A DNA stretch of 64,000 bases from Anthoceros angustus (GCA_010909165.1 VJWM01000118.1:496001-560000), one strand, 5' to 3'. Shown: positions 38,901 through 52,765, numbered from the stretch's first letter. Program-made: numbers and translations. The notes: generated by a model from the letters alone, not told the origin.

Positions 38901-41900
38901 GTCCGCCAGCAAATTCTCAAGTTTAAGAAAGGCATGCCTCCGGACCAAGGAAGGACTAAAGCCTGGGGAGTTTTATGGTGTTCGCCTTCAAGGTCACGAC
39001 ATGAAGGGCATTCAAGAAGTGGGAGAGCATAAGATCGATTTGAAGCCGTGAGCGGTGCCACCGAATCCGACAATACAAGCTCAACCCCAAGTATTCGATC
39101 AAGGTGAAGGAGGTCCTTGATAAGTACCGGAGGCAGACATCATTTTCCCCATCACAGCCGAGTGGGTCGCTATGTGGTGGTTCCCAAGAAACAACCAGAC
39201 AAATTCGGTATGCCAAGATTGGAGGAAGCTCAACGAACGGAGAAGGACCACTTCCGATGCCATTCAGACGACATTTTGGACAAGGTGGTCGGACGGACTA
39301 CTTACTCCTTCCCGGATGGCTACTCCGGATATAACCAATTGCACCTAAGGGAGTCGGACCAAGGAAAAGCGGACATCAAGGAGTAACACGATTCACCTCC
39401 GACGAGCTCTTCAGAATGGGGATGCGAGAGGACGATCCCGAGAGGAGGAGGGGTTTGACGCAATGAGGCAAAGACGGAACGGAGACGGTGAACCCGACGA
39501 CGGAAGAAGTGGAGGTCCGCCAGCAAATTCTCAAGTTTAAGAAAGGCATGCCTCCTGACCAAGGAAGGACTAAAGCCTGGGGAGTTTTATGAGGTGTTCG
39601 CCAAGGTCACGACATGAAGGGCATTCAAGAAGTGGGAGAGCATAAGATCGATTTGAAGCCGTGAGCGTGCCACCAATCCGACAATACAAGCTCAACCCCA
39701 AGTATTCGATCAAGGTGAAGGAGGTCCTTGATAAGTACCGGAGGCGACATCATTTTCCCCATCGTCAACAGCCGAGTGGGTCGCGATTGTGGTGGTTCCC
39801 AAGAAACAACCAGACAAATTCGGGTATGCCAAGATTGAGGAAGCTCAACGCCGAACGGAGAAGGACCACTTCCGATGCCATTCAGACGACATTTTGGACA
39901 AGGTGGTCGGACGGACTACTTACTCCTTCCCGGATGGCTACTCCGGATATAACCAATTGCACCTAAGGAGTTTGACCGACAAGACGACCTTCACTACGGA
40001 GTGGGGTACGCTTTGCCTACAAGAGAAGTGCCTTTGGGATGACCGAGCGCCTGTGGTCGCTCATGCGTATGGTGACCAACGCCTTCCGTGACTTCCGAGG
40101 GACTTCATGGAGATATTCTGGATGATTTTGTGTGCATGGGGAGCAGGACAAACACCTTGGGCATCTAAGAAGGTGCTTGAGCGCCGGAGACTCAATTGAG
40201 CCTACACCCGAGAAATGCTACTTTGGAATGACGGAGGGAATCTTGTTGACATCGGTGGCGCTGGAATCGAGGTGGACCAGACAAGGTCCGGTCATCCGCC
40301 TCCACCGACGAACCTAAAGGAGCCGAGAGGTTTCGAATGGTGGGATACTACCGGGTTTATTAAGGACTTTAAAGAGGGCGCTAAGTTGATGTAACCACTG
40401 CAAGGAGGAGGTTTGGACCGTCACGTGAGCGAGAGGAGGCCTTCGGATTTACGTAACACCTTGGTAAGCGCACGGTTCTAAGAGGACCGGATCGAGCAGA
40501 AATTTCATGTGTATGTAGATGTGTCCGCTTTGCTATCGGAGTAGTGCCGAGCCAAGGACGACAAGCGGGATTATCCCGATACTACCGGACGAGACCACCA
40601 CGCGAACGAAAATACACAACTACAGAGGCCAAGCCGGGTATGGTATATCGTCAAGAAATTCGACACTACCTACTACCCTGAGTTTGTGTTCTATGTAGAC
40701 CACTTTGCGTCAAGCATCCGTGAATAAGACGGACCGTCCGGACGGATAGCAAGGTGGATATTGTTGCTGCAGGAGTTCACGTCAAGTGGAAACAAGACAA
40801 GGGAGGCAAGACCAAAATGCGATTTCGTCACGATTGAAAACAGAGGTGTTGAGAGATCGTGAAGATGCCCCGGATGAGACATTGGTTGCCGCAGAAAAGT
40901 ACAACCGAGGAGCCCAGACCGAACCCCAAGCTACGAGAACTGGCAGCCTTAGTGAAGCGGAGAAGGGAGGGCCGGCCGTCCGACCCACGAAGAAATAGAG
41001 CGGTACTGGGAATGGAGCTTCAAAATCACTGTGGGAGAGGAGGCATTCGTGCACTATGCTCGACCCTTCGTAATGTACAACGGTGTGTGTTCAAATTAGG
41101 GCCGGACGGAGTAGAACGAAGGTACTTGCAACCGCAGAGGGAGCGGCCAAGGGAATGCACGAAGGATTGGGGTGGACACTACGCAAAGACAGTCACCACC
41201 AAAAGATTTTGAAGCGGATCGGTGGCCAACAATGTATGGGGACACCCACCGCTTAGAAGAAGTGTGATGCTTGTCCCGATCGGAAAGCCAACCCCGACGA
41301 CACATGGCCGCTAGTACCGATATTGGCACCGCACCTTCGAAAAGTGGGTATTGACTTTGTTGGACCTATACACCACGACAAGACACACACAAAGGAGATA
41401 CATCCCGTGGCAACGGACTCGCACTGTGGGTAGAGGCGGTGGCGACAAGAACGGACTCGCAAATACCGTGGCCAAATTCTGACGAGAACATCATAACCCG
41501 ACGGATGTCCGCCGCAGCTTGGTAAGTGATAGGGGAACCCATTTCCTTAATGATGTGGTGGCCGCCATGACGGAGTATTTCGCATCAATCATCGCAAGAC
41601 GGCACCCTACAATCCTAAGGCCAATGGGTCGAGAGAAGACAAATGGGCTCATCCGCAGGATCCTCAATAAACTCAGGAACTACGCCCATGATCGGATAGC
41701 CGCCATCCGTGACTGTATGCCCGGACAGAGAAGACAAATGGGCTCATCCGCAGGATCCCGAATAAACTCACGTGAACTACGCCCATGACTGGATACCAAG
41801 CCATCCGTGACTGTATGCCCGGACAGCAGAAGGTGACCACACAACGGACCCTTACTTGACCTACGACACTCCCGTAATGCCGTGAGAGTTTGAAGTGCCC

Positions 41901-42878
41901 ACTTTTCGAGTAATGATGGAAGGAGACCGATAAGAGGAAAGCCATGAGCGACTCTTGGGGTTTGCAAAGACAGAGGAGGAAGAAGTGTGATGCTTGTCAC
42001 CGGATCGGAAAGCCAACCCCGACGACACAAAGGCCGCTAGTACCGATATTGGCACCGCACCTTCAAAAGTGGGTATTGACTTTGTTGGACCCACGACAAG
42101 ACACACACAAAGGAGATACATCCCGTGGCAACGGACCACCGCACTGTGGGTAGAGGTATGACAAGAACGGACTCGCAAATACCGTGGCCAAATTCTCGTG
42201 ACGAGAACATCATAACCCGACGGATGTCCGCTTGGTAAGTGATAGGGGAACCCATTTCCTTAATGATGTGGTGGCCGCCATGACGGAGTATTTCGCATCA
42301 ATCATCGCAAGACGGCACCCTACAATCCTAAGGCCAATGGGTCGACAGAGAAGACAAATGGGCTCATCCGCAGGATCTGAATAAACTCAAAGTGAACTAC
42401 GCCCATGATCGGGATACCAAGGCCATCCGACTGTATGCCCGGACAGCAGAAGGTGACCACACAACGGACCCTTACTTGACCTACGACACTCCCGTAATGC
42501 CGTGAGAGTTTGAAGTGCCCACTTTTCGAGTAATGATGGAAGGAGACCGATAAGAGGAAAGCCACCGAGCGACTCTTGGGGTTTGCAAGACACAGAGGAT
42601 GGAAGAAGCAAGAGATGGTGCAAAACCAAAAGATTTGGCACGATCGCCGATCGGGAATCGGAGTATGTAAAGGAAGGGACCCGCCCTCCTTTATGATAGT
42701 CGTTACATGCATTTTCCGTGCAAACTTCACCGAGATGGATGGGTCCGTAAGTGGTGCAAGTATATGACAACGGGTCCGGCTCCACGGCCTAGATGGAGAG
42801 TCGCTGCCCACTGAAACGGGGCGGGTGAAGAAGTATCATGCTTAGTGTTGGCGAGACGCCAATGATGAGAAGGGAGTA
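35920..42878 (+). mobile_element. Internal region 1: gag-PR-RT-RH-INT with local duplications and indels
   Basis: PBS 35923-35933; protease DTG 38177-38185; RT VVVPKK..GYSGYNQ..EIFLDD; INT KWGIDFVGP; ends KKYHA* at 42846; PPT GAGAAGGGAG 42867-42876. Confidence 0.9.
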
Positions 42879-45800
42879 TGTGGGCTATGCACTTCGGGAG
42901 GGGAAATAAGTAGGGTTTCGCTTTTTAGGATTGAAGGATAAATAAGGCGGAAAAGGAGGAATAAATTGGGGTAGCGCCGGACGAGGCTCGGAGTATACTC
43001 CGACTGGAGTGAACAACGGACCCCGACCACTATGGCAAGCTCCTACCACGGAGTAACGGATAAGTCCGGAACCCACCCAGTCAAAATAGGATAAGTACGC
43101 CTGTGAAAGTAACCCAGGAGCGAGGCGTGAGGATGCAGGCGGCGCCACGGACGGCCCCGAGTGGAGGTCGGGCATGGAGGTCAGACTGAATGCAGGCCGC
43201 AGGCGTGTATTCACGCCCGCGCGCGGCGGGGCCGCAGGCAAGCGAGGGTCGAGTAAGCCATGCACTCGCGCATGACAACGGAGGCGCCTTCCGCCAGCAT
43301 TTTCCACAAGCGCGCCAAGGAGGGAGGTCTGCCGCAGCCTCCGCAATCCTCACAGCCTTGCGCCCGCAATCCGGCTCTCGCGCTTTTGGGCGCCTTAGAG
43401 CGTGGCGCTCCAAGGTTGGAGCAACGAACGCGCGAAGGAGGAACATCGTGCCGCCGACTCCGGCCTAGCAGAACAAGAGGAGAGGAGAAAGCAATGGCAC
43501 CCAAAAGCCGACGGAAACTGGGAGCCATGGACCTCGTGGAGCGCAACATTGTGACCCGCGCTATCCGGACTTCCGGCCGGAGGAAGCAGGGAATTGGTGA
43601 GGCATCCGGACGTGTTCCAAATGGTCTCGACCTTGACAACGCTACCTAGTCCGGAGTTTGCCCGAAGATGCCGGGCGGCGATCAACAAGGAGGTCCGATC
43701 CAAGAACCTCCGGAGGACCCGAGGCGATGGACCTTGAGGTCCCGAGGATGGCCTACAACCGCCAAGGAGGAAGAAGGGGCGTGGAGCGGCGGCGGAAGAT
43801 AGGGCCGCCGCGGCCGAGGCTCGAACGCAGCGACAACCAACGGATGGTTGATATCCGATCCGCCGGATACGAGTAAGGGCGGTAGCCCGGATCATTGTCC
43901 ATTGAACCGCCACCAAGGTGGATCACCTTGGTGATAACCTCGCTGGTATTCTCGCATGCGCCCAATGGGGAAGAGAGCGGACGGGGAAGGATTATCTTCG
44001 CCCGCCTGGGAGGCACGAAGCTAAGGAGCGAAGCCTCATCGATCGACCCCATACCGATTCATGTATGGGGACATTTCGAGCTCAAGGAGGGAGAGCTTGA
44101 GCGGGCGCCCGGGCCGGAGGCCCCGCTGTAAGAGCGTGCAAGGGCGCCTGAGGTGGGGGTCGCCTTCAAGACCAAGCGGACTCGGGAGGAGGACGATCGA
44201 GGGATTCCGACTCCATACGCCGAGCGAACCCCTCACCACCTGGGAAGTTTGGGAGGCGATTCCCCTTCCTCCTTTTGGTGCCCCTCCGAGCGGCAGGGAG
44301 GGAGATGCCGGAGGGCGCGGCCCGGCACCCAGACAATGCCAACAACCACGACGCCGAGCCCCGACGAACTGGGAGCCAAGAGGCGGAAGACGGTGCCGCT
44401 TACCAACGCAAAGACCTCGGTGCCGTACTTACCCCGCCCACGGAGTGGCAAGAGGTCAAGAGGCGTGAAGGAGGGCGAAGGGACGTGGCCCAAGGAGCAG
44501 GAGGTCACCGCGCAGCCCCACCTCGAGCCGGTCCTGCCCCCGATGTGAAGGGGCAAAAGAGCCCCTGACCCCTCACCTCCTCCGAGCCCCGGAGAAAGAG
44601 GGCACAAAGGAGTTAGAGGCCAAGAGGGCCAAGAGGGTGAGACTCCTCACCACTGTGACCCGAGGGTCCCGATTAGGTCCGAGAACCCACCGACTTACTC
44701 CGGATCAAGGTATGGAGGTCCTTGATCGAGAAATGCCGGCTCCCACTACGGACTTTGTGGGGCCTCACCGTGGGCCGTGGAAGAAACACGGCGAGTCTAC
44801 ATGGACGGAATGCTTTGGGGTCTCTGTGGTACATGGAGAAGACCTGTGAAGTGGAGGCCACCCGAGGAGGATGGTGGAACCCAAGAGCAAGTGAAGGCGG
44901 CCGAGGGGCAAAGGAAAGGCGGAGTCCCTCGCCGGATCGAGGAAGGGAAACGCCGGTGGCGAGCGAGGCCCCAAGTTCACAGACTGGTTAAGGTTCTTCA
45001 CAGGCGTCAAGCAAGCCTGGGAGGCCCAAGCGGGCGGAGGACCTTGCAGAGGGGAAGCGCAGCAGAGGCGGAAGAGGCCCGGCACAAGCAGAGAGCTCGG
45101 GACTGGCGGAGGCGGCCCGCCAGAAAGGCGGTAAAGGCGCGGGCGAGCCCCGGGTCAGGTGAAGAGCGACCGGATCACGGACGTGATCGAACCGTGGAGA
45201 GAGACAGAAAATGAGGCTAACTGGCCGCACAAAGGCGGGTGGAGGGTGGAGGCCAAGACTGGGAGATAGAGGATCTCCGAGCACACCGCAGGAGGTAGAA
45301 GGAGGCGGCAGCAGATGGAGGGAAGGACACGCTGAGCTACAACCCAAGATGCGTCGGAGCAGCAGTGATTCTCAACGAGAATCCACGACCGAGCACGAAA
45401 TAGAGTAGCCTCTCCGTCAAGACGGAGGAAAATCGGCGACTATCCAAGGAGTTGGACGCTGCCAGGGCGAGCCGGAGGAAGTCCGAGTCGGGACGGAGGT
45501 ATCCGATCACCGGAGAGGGAGTCTGAGCTAAAGGCCGAATGAACGGAGGAGCGCGAGCACGGAAGTAAAAGAAGCCGCCGTCCACGAGAAAGGCGGAAGG
45601 GAACGCCGCGCTATGGCGGTAAGTCGGCAATGGAGAACGACGGAGCCGAGCAGGAGCAACGGGCAGCAGGAGGTGACCGAGGCCGCCTGTAGCCTCGCGT
45701 GATACACCCGCCCACACAACCGGGCAGAGAGGTGGCCCAACAAGCCGGCAAAGACGCCAACACTTATGGCGGAGGGAGTATCGGTGCTCCGCACACGTGG

Positions 45801-47222
45801 AAGAGGCAAAGTCGATCGATTTGCCTTTACCACGCCGAGCTCCCGGCGTGAAGCCTCGACTCCGCAGACGGACGGACCCCGGAAGGCTCAAGGAGATGAA
45901 GGCCACGGGACAAAGACAGGGACCCTAGTGGCCTGCTTTGGAGATGACGGAGCGCGGAGAGAGGAGCAACCGGAGGAGCGAACGAGGGAGCGGATGCGAT
46001 CGAGGTAAGCACCCCGCACCTCACCATGGAAGGAGGGCCAAGGCGAGTCACGGGCGATCGGGAACATGGAAGGACTTGAGGAGAGCCACGGAGGAGTCCC
46101 GTGAGGGAGGAAACCTGGTGAGGACTTTGTCCGACCCGAGGGAGGCGACCAAGTCCGACCAATAAGTCCGACTCAAGTCCGGAAGTCCGACCAAGTCCTG
46201 AATAAGTCCGACCTAGAGACCGAGGTCCGGACCCAGACAAGGTCGGACCTAGCCGGGCCGGACCTGTGAATAAGCCGGACTCAAGTTCGTGAGTCGAGAC
46301 AGACCTCGAGGAGGGACGGGCAAGAAGGAGGAGCCCCTTCGACTTACGCTTAGGGGAGCCGATAGTGGTGGCCCCACCGCGGGGACCTGTGGAGGCCTGG
46401 GAGGATGACGTGCGGGGCTTGTCACCGCCGAGCCCAACCCGGCTGTGATTCCGGGAGAGGAGGGGCCCGCCTCACGGATCATCCGATTGCACCACAACCG
46501 CTGACGGGGATTGACCACCCATTCCGAGGGGGCCTGTGACCTTCCCACTAAGGGAGATAGGGGGATAGGATGGTAGGCCGATTAGGGTATACCGAGGCTA
46601 TCACCGTAATAGGGGTGTAATAAAGACGCCACCTTGGGCGCAGATAAGAGGGCCGAGTTCTAGTAAAGCATCTTTCTCTTGGTGTTGATGCCGTTTGCGC
46701 ACCTTGTGAGTCTTCTTGCTAACGTGAGTCCCGAGTCACCGAAAGGTGCACGGCCCGGGAGATTGATCAAGGTCCCGTGACGGACTTAACGCGCTGTGGT
46801 GTGTGTGTGGAAGGGTGACCGTGATCCGCGGTTCCCGAGCCGCGGTCCAACACCGACCCGACTGAACGCGTGAGCCGGAGGAACTCGGAGGTGTGTAGAG
46901 CCCGGACGGAGAGGCCCTGAACGACGAGGAGGTCCGATCACAGAATCCGCTTTTTCTAAGATCAAGAGGTAGTGAGAGGAGAGAGGAAAGGATCGATGCG
47001 AGGATGGTGAACGATACGGACGCAACGGGTCTAAACGCTTGGCCATACCGGCCTCAGACGGTGAACGCTGTGAGTAGTTAGGAGTATGTGTGTTGACCGA
47101 ACGAGCTAAGGACGGTAAGAATCACCGAACGCGTAAACGGGCCTATCATTCCCTTGGGAACGGACTTCTTCCTACAACGACACGGATTGTGCGCGCCTGG
47201 CCATCAGAAAAGTCCCGCCACA
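42879..47222 (+). repeat. LTR2 (4344 bp)
   Basis: Begins TGTGGGC right after the PPT; ends GCCACA before the PBS. Confidence 0.92.
43032..46008 (+). CDS. Putative LTR-encoded ORF (~990 codons, frameshifted in this sequence); counterpart in LTR3 52919-55937; LTR1 start 26682, stop ~34661
   Basis: Conserved CACTATGGC start and ..ERMRSR-TAA end in all LTRs; charged, protein-like + strand fragments between them (ELLKEGELER, EVEEAQQMEDEG, VEEAIQQVDL). Confidence 0.55.
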
Positions 47223-50200
47223 TTTTTGGCGCCTGCCGGGAATGAAATCGTCTGGTGCCGCAGTGCGCCCTTAGGAAGAGAAGGTAAGTGAATGCGTGGC
47301 CGAGCGGTCAAGAGGAACCGTCAGAGGATCGACGTGGTCACCTCGCTGCCTCCGAGGGAGAGGAGAGACGCCAAACCCAACGAGAGCACCGCCGATCGAG
47401 GAGGGAGAACGTGGTCGAATTGGACCAAGACGAGTACGGGTACAAGGGACGCTAAGAAGGTAGGATGCCCCACGCCTAACCCACCGATGGCGCACCATGG
47501 CCCCTACCGACCAAACAAGCGACTCCATATTCGGAGGAAGAAGGAGCGGATGCGAGACCTTTGTGGAGGACTGTGTCCAAAGCCAACTTCAACGGAGAGG
47601 AGCCGACGCACCATCCAGCCAAGGGGTTCTCCGAGGACACCGCTCAATGGTATCGGAGAAAGTACCGACCACCGGAGAATGCCCCACCCGCCTCGCTTGA
47701 AGCTTTGAAAATGCCTTCTTAGAACGGTTTCGAGGGATCACCAGAGGGTATGTATTATCAAAGTTGGAAAATCAAGCGAGGAAGAAGGAGAAGCCGGGCT
47801 CAGACATCGAGCGGTTCTATGCCCGAGGATCGGCATCCAACCCATACCACGATGGTTCGCGCCGGCCTCTAGCCAAACCCATGGCTGTGCACGCCCCGCC
47901 GCCGAGAAGGACGGGGCAAGGCCGAGCGGCCGAAAACTACGAGGAATCGCTACATCGAGGATAAAGAAATCCGCCAAGGAGGCAAGAAGAAGAAGAAGAA
48001 ACGGGGTTCGACTGAGGAGGAAGAGTCTTCGAGGAGGAGGAAGACCAATCGGAGGTGTCTCGGAGGAGGAGCAGTCCAAGAAGAGACGGAGGTCTCTAGC
48101 GAGGAAGAGTATCCCGCAAGAAGAAGAGCAAGAAAGCCCCAAAAAGAAGTGGGTAAGAAGGAGGTGGTGACACCACCGTCCGAGAAGCCCGCCGGACCCG
48201 ACTCCCTCAAAGGAGGTAGCAGTCCGCGGAGGACCGGAAAAAGTGATAAAGAGAGTAGAGGACCCGCGATAAACTGTTAAGGGAGAGCGCGGAAAACACC
48301 ACTACGAACGCATCTCGTGCCGCAAGAACACGCCATTCGTCCAACCGCCTCAAGGCCGGTGCAAGTGGACTACGAATACGAGGAGGAGGCCGAGGAGCAA
48401 TGGGAAGAGGCCTATCGTGCATGTGAAGCCCCTCCGGGCCGCGATATCCCAAAACCATGTATCCGCCAACCGAGGTCCAATACAACGAGCCCCACCGATG
48501 CAAAGACCGCATGGGAGCCCTTCGTATCCTCCGTGACGCGGGTCTCTGGAACCGCGAATCTCGCCATTACTCCAACGCTGTCCGCACTCAACGAGGTGGT
48601 AATGGGGACTTCGAGCGTGGTGGCGATCGGCCGCATATGGCGTGCAAGACGCTATGTCCCAACCCCGACAAGGACGGTACGATATGCCACACCAAGCGGA
48701 GAACTCGACCACCAACGCCACCTCCTAAGACTGCTACTGACAAGTCAAGATGCTGGCGGAGGGAAGAGATTCTGAGGTACGCGAGATGGAAAAGAACAAG
48801 AAGGTACGGGGGTGTCGAAAGGAAGGGAGTCAGTGGAAATCTTGGAGGTGTCTACTCAGTCAAGGAAGGAGCGACGAGAAAGGCGCCAGCTTGAAGAAGA
48901 ACAAGATCGAGGAAGGCCGGACGCCGAGGAAGGCAATCAAACAAATACCAGCAGAGGATCCGACCGATGAAGGAGGGCTGGACGGGCAGCCGGAGGGATT
49001 ACCCAAGGAAGTTCTCCGCAGATGTGAGAAGGAACGGTGCCTCCCGCGACGGCCGACGTTAGCTTACCGGACGAGTCCGGAGGTGACCGAGATGTTGCAG
49101 GAGGAAATGCGCAAGCATCCGGAATATAACACGGTGATCCGGGAGAGGATGAGGACGCAGCAGGATCCTCGATTGGGGTAGAAGCCTCGCCTTTAATGTG
49201 GCGGACCGATGATGAATCAGCACCTGTGTCCTTTCGACACCGAGGGATAACCCAAAATACCGACAAGAGGTCCGTCGGGTTAGGGAAACCCAGCGGAGCA
49301 CCAAAGCCGTGAAGGGTAGCAAAGGAAGTGAGGGTGGTGTCCCATACGACCTGGGGCCAGTGGTACAAGTGGAGATTTGGATGTATCATCAAGATGTACC
49401 GCTGGACACGGGTCCGAGTCAACCTCATCACCGAAGCCACAAAATTGGGCTTCACATCCTTCAACCTCAACGAAGACTCGAGAATGGCGTATATGTCAAG
49501 AAGAGATCCGCGGGGAGTTAACCGAGTCTTGGCCACCATAGCCGCACCTACAAACCGGATTTTGTTGTGATCAAACCGCCGGACCATTAGGGTATGAGGT
49601 GTTGCTGGCCATGGCTGGGGTTGGCCTGCATAAAGCTACACTTTGGAAGGAAGGAGATTCACTTCAAGCCGGGACTGGGACCCTAAGGTGCGAGAAGGGA
49701 GGTTGCTATCACCGGAGCAAGGACACCTATTGTGGGGAAACCGTGAGCACTACCGGCGACCTCACGGGAGGACTAATCGGGCGATTTAACAAGATAGCTC
49801 CGAGGAGGCGACTTTCGCCAAGATCCGCCGGTCCGAGGAGGAGATGGACTACGCGGATGCCTTTGGCGAAGTGGTTGATTGTTTTCGAGTAAACGCCACA
49901 ACGGGCCGGAGGAAGGAAGTGAAGAGGAGGTCGGACAAGACAAGGGGAGACAAGAGTCGGACCAAGGAAAAGCGGACATCGGAGTAACACGATTCACCTC
50001 CGACGAGCTCAGAATGGGGATGCGAGAGGACGATCCCGAGTGGAGGACGAGGGTTTGGACGCGAGGCAAAGACGGAACGGAGACGTGAACCCGGACGACG
50101 TGGAAGAAGTGGAGGTCCGGCCGGGCAAATTCAAGTTTAAGAAAGGCATCCCGGACAAGGAAGGACTAAAGCACTGGGGAGTTTTATGGTGTTCGCCTTC

Positions 50201-52765
50201 AAGGTCACGGACATGAAGGGCATTCAAGAAGTGGGAGAGCATAAGATCGATTTGAAGCCGAGCTGCCTCAATCCGACAATACAAGCTCAACCCCAAGTAT
50301 TCGATCAAGGTGAAGGAGGTCCTTGATAAGTACCGAGGCAGACATCATTTTCCCCATCGTCAGCGAGTGGGTCGCTACGATTGTGGTGGTTCCCAAGAAA
50401 CACAGACAAATTGGTATGCCAAGATTGAGGAAGCTCAACGCAAGAACGGAGAAGGACCACTTCCGATGCCATTCAGACGACATTTTGGACAAGGTGGTCG
50501 GACGGACTACTTACTCCTTCCTCGGATGGCTACTCCGGATACAACCAATTGCACCTAAGGGAGTGACCGGGACAAGACGACCTTCACTGAGGGGGGCACG
50601 CTTGCCTACAAGAGAAGTGCCTTTGGGATGACCGAGCGCCTGTGGTCGCTCATGCGTATGGTGACCAACGCCTTCCGTGACTTCGAGGGACTTCATGGAG
50701 ATATTCCCGGATGATTTTTGTGTGCATGGGGAGCAGGACAAACACCTTGGACATCTAAGAAGGTGCTTGAGCGCCGGAGACTCAATTGAGCCTACACCCG
50801 AGAAATGCTACTTTGGAATGACGGAGGGAATCTTGTCGACATCGGTGCGGCTGGAATCGAGGTGGACCAGACAAGGTCCGGTCATCCAGCCTCCACCACG
50901 AACCTAAAGGAGCCGAGAGGTTTCGAATGGTGGGATACTACCGGTTTATTAAGGACTTTAAGAGGGCTGCTAAGTTGATGTAATCATCATGAAGGAGGAG
51001 GTTTGGACCCGGTGGAGCGAGAGGAGGCCTTCGGATTTACGTAACACCTTGGTAAGCGCACGGTTCTAAGAGGACCGGATCGAGCAAGAAATTTCATGTG
51101 TATGTAGATGTCCGCTTGCTATCGGAGTAGTGCCGAGCCGGGACGACAAGCGGGATTATCCCGTATACTCTGGACGGCAGCTCACCAGCGAAAATACACA
51201 ACCAGAGCCAAGCACCGGGTATGGTATATGCCGTCAAGAAATTCGACACTACCGCTACCCAAAGGAGTTTGTGTTCTATGTAGACCACTTTGCGTCAAGC
51301 ATCCGGTGAATAAGGCGGACCGTCCGGACGGATAGCAAGGTGGATATTGTTGCCGCAGGAGTTCACGTCAAGTGGAAACAAGACAAGGGAGGCAAGACCA
51401 AAATGCATTTTCGTCACGATTGAAAACAGAAAGGTGTTGAGAGATCGTGAAGATGCTCCGGATGAGACATTGGTTGCCGCAGAAAAGTACAACCGAGGAG
51501 CCCACCGACCGAACCCCAAGCTACGAGAACGGCAGCCTTAGTGTAAGCGGAGAAGGAGGGTCCGCCGTCCGACCCACGAAGAAATAGAGCGGTACCTCCG
51601 GGAATGGAGCTTCCAAAATCGACTGTGATGAGGGAGGCATTCGCACTATGCTCGACCCTTCGTAATGTACAACGGTGTGTGTTCAAATTAGGGCCTGACG
51701 GAGTAGAACGAAGGTACTTACAACCCAGACAGGAGCTCGCCGGAATGCACGAAGGATTGGGGAGGACACTACGCAAAGACAGTCACCACCAAAAGATTTT
51801 GAAGCGGATACCGTGGCCAACAATGTATGGGGACACCCACCGCTTAGAAGAAGTGTGATGCTTGTCACGGATCGGAAAGCCAACCCCGACGACACAAAGG
51901 GCCGCTAGTACCGATATTGGCACCGCACCTTCAAAAGTGGGTATTGACTTTGTTGGACCCATATACCACGACAAGACACACACAAAGGAGATACATCCCG
52001 TGGCAACGACCATCGCACTGTGGGTAGAGGCGGCGACAAGAACGGACTCGCAAATACTGCGGGCCAAATTCGACGAGAACATCATAACCCGCGGATGTCC
52101 GCAGCTTGGTAAGTGATAGGGGAACCCATTTCCTTAATGATGTGGTGGCCGCCATGACGGAGTATTTCGCATCAATCATCGCAAGACGGCACCCTACAAT
52201 CCTAAGGCCAATGGGTGACAGAAGACAAATGGGCTCATCCGCAGGATCTCGAATAAACTCACAGGAACTACGCCCATGATCGGATACCAAGTCGCCATCC
52301 GTGACTGTATGCCCGGACAGCAGAAGGTGACCACACAACGGACCCCTTACTTGACCTACTGACACTCTCCGTAATGCCGAGAGTTTGAAGTGCCCACTTT
52401 TCGAGTAATGATGGAAGGAGACGATGAAGAGGAAAGCCACCGAGCGACTCTTGGGGTTTGCAAAGACAGAGGACAGAAGAAGCTCACCAAGATGCGCTTG
52501 GTGCAAAACCAACAAAGATTTGGCACGATCGATCGCGAATCGTGAGTATGTAAAGGGGGACCCGCCCTCCTTTATGATAGTCGCATGCATTTTCCGTGCA
52601 AACTTCACCGAGATGGATGGGTCCGTACCAAGTGGTGCAAGTATATGACAACGGGTCCGTCGCCGGCGCCTAGATGGAGAGTCGCTGCCCACTCGGGTGA
52701 ACGGGTGGCGGGTGAAGAAGTATCATGCTTAGTGTTGGCGAGACGCCAATGATGAGAAGGGAGTA
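47223..52765 (+). mobile_element. Internal region 2: gag-PR-RT-RH-INT (5543 bp), indel-rich
   Basis: PBS 47227-47241; DTG 49405-49413; RT, RNase H and INT motifs as in region 1; PPT 52754-52763. Confidence 0.9.
47227..47241 (+). promoter_or_regulatory. Primer binding site, tRNA-Asp type
   Basis: TGGCGCCTGCCGGGA versus the Athila/tRNA-Asp complement TGGCGCCGTTGCCGGGGA; shorter variant at 35923. Confidence 0.75.

Noticed and set aside
47227-47241. tRNA-like sequence
   Set aside because: Only the complement of a tRNA 3' end (PBS); no tRNA or rRNA gene was recognised in the window.
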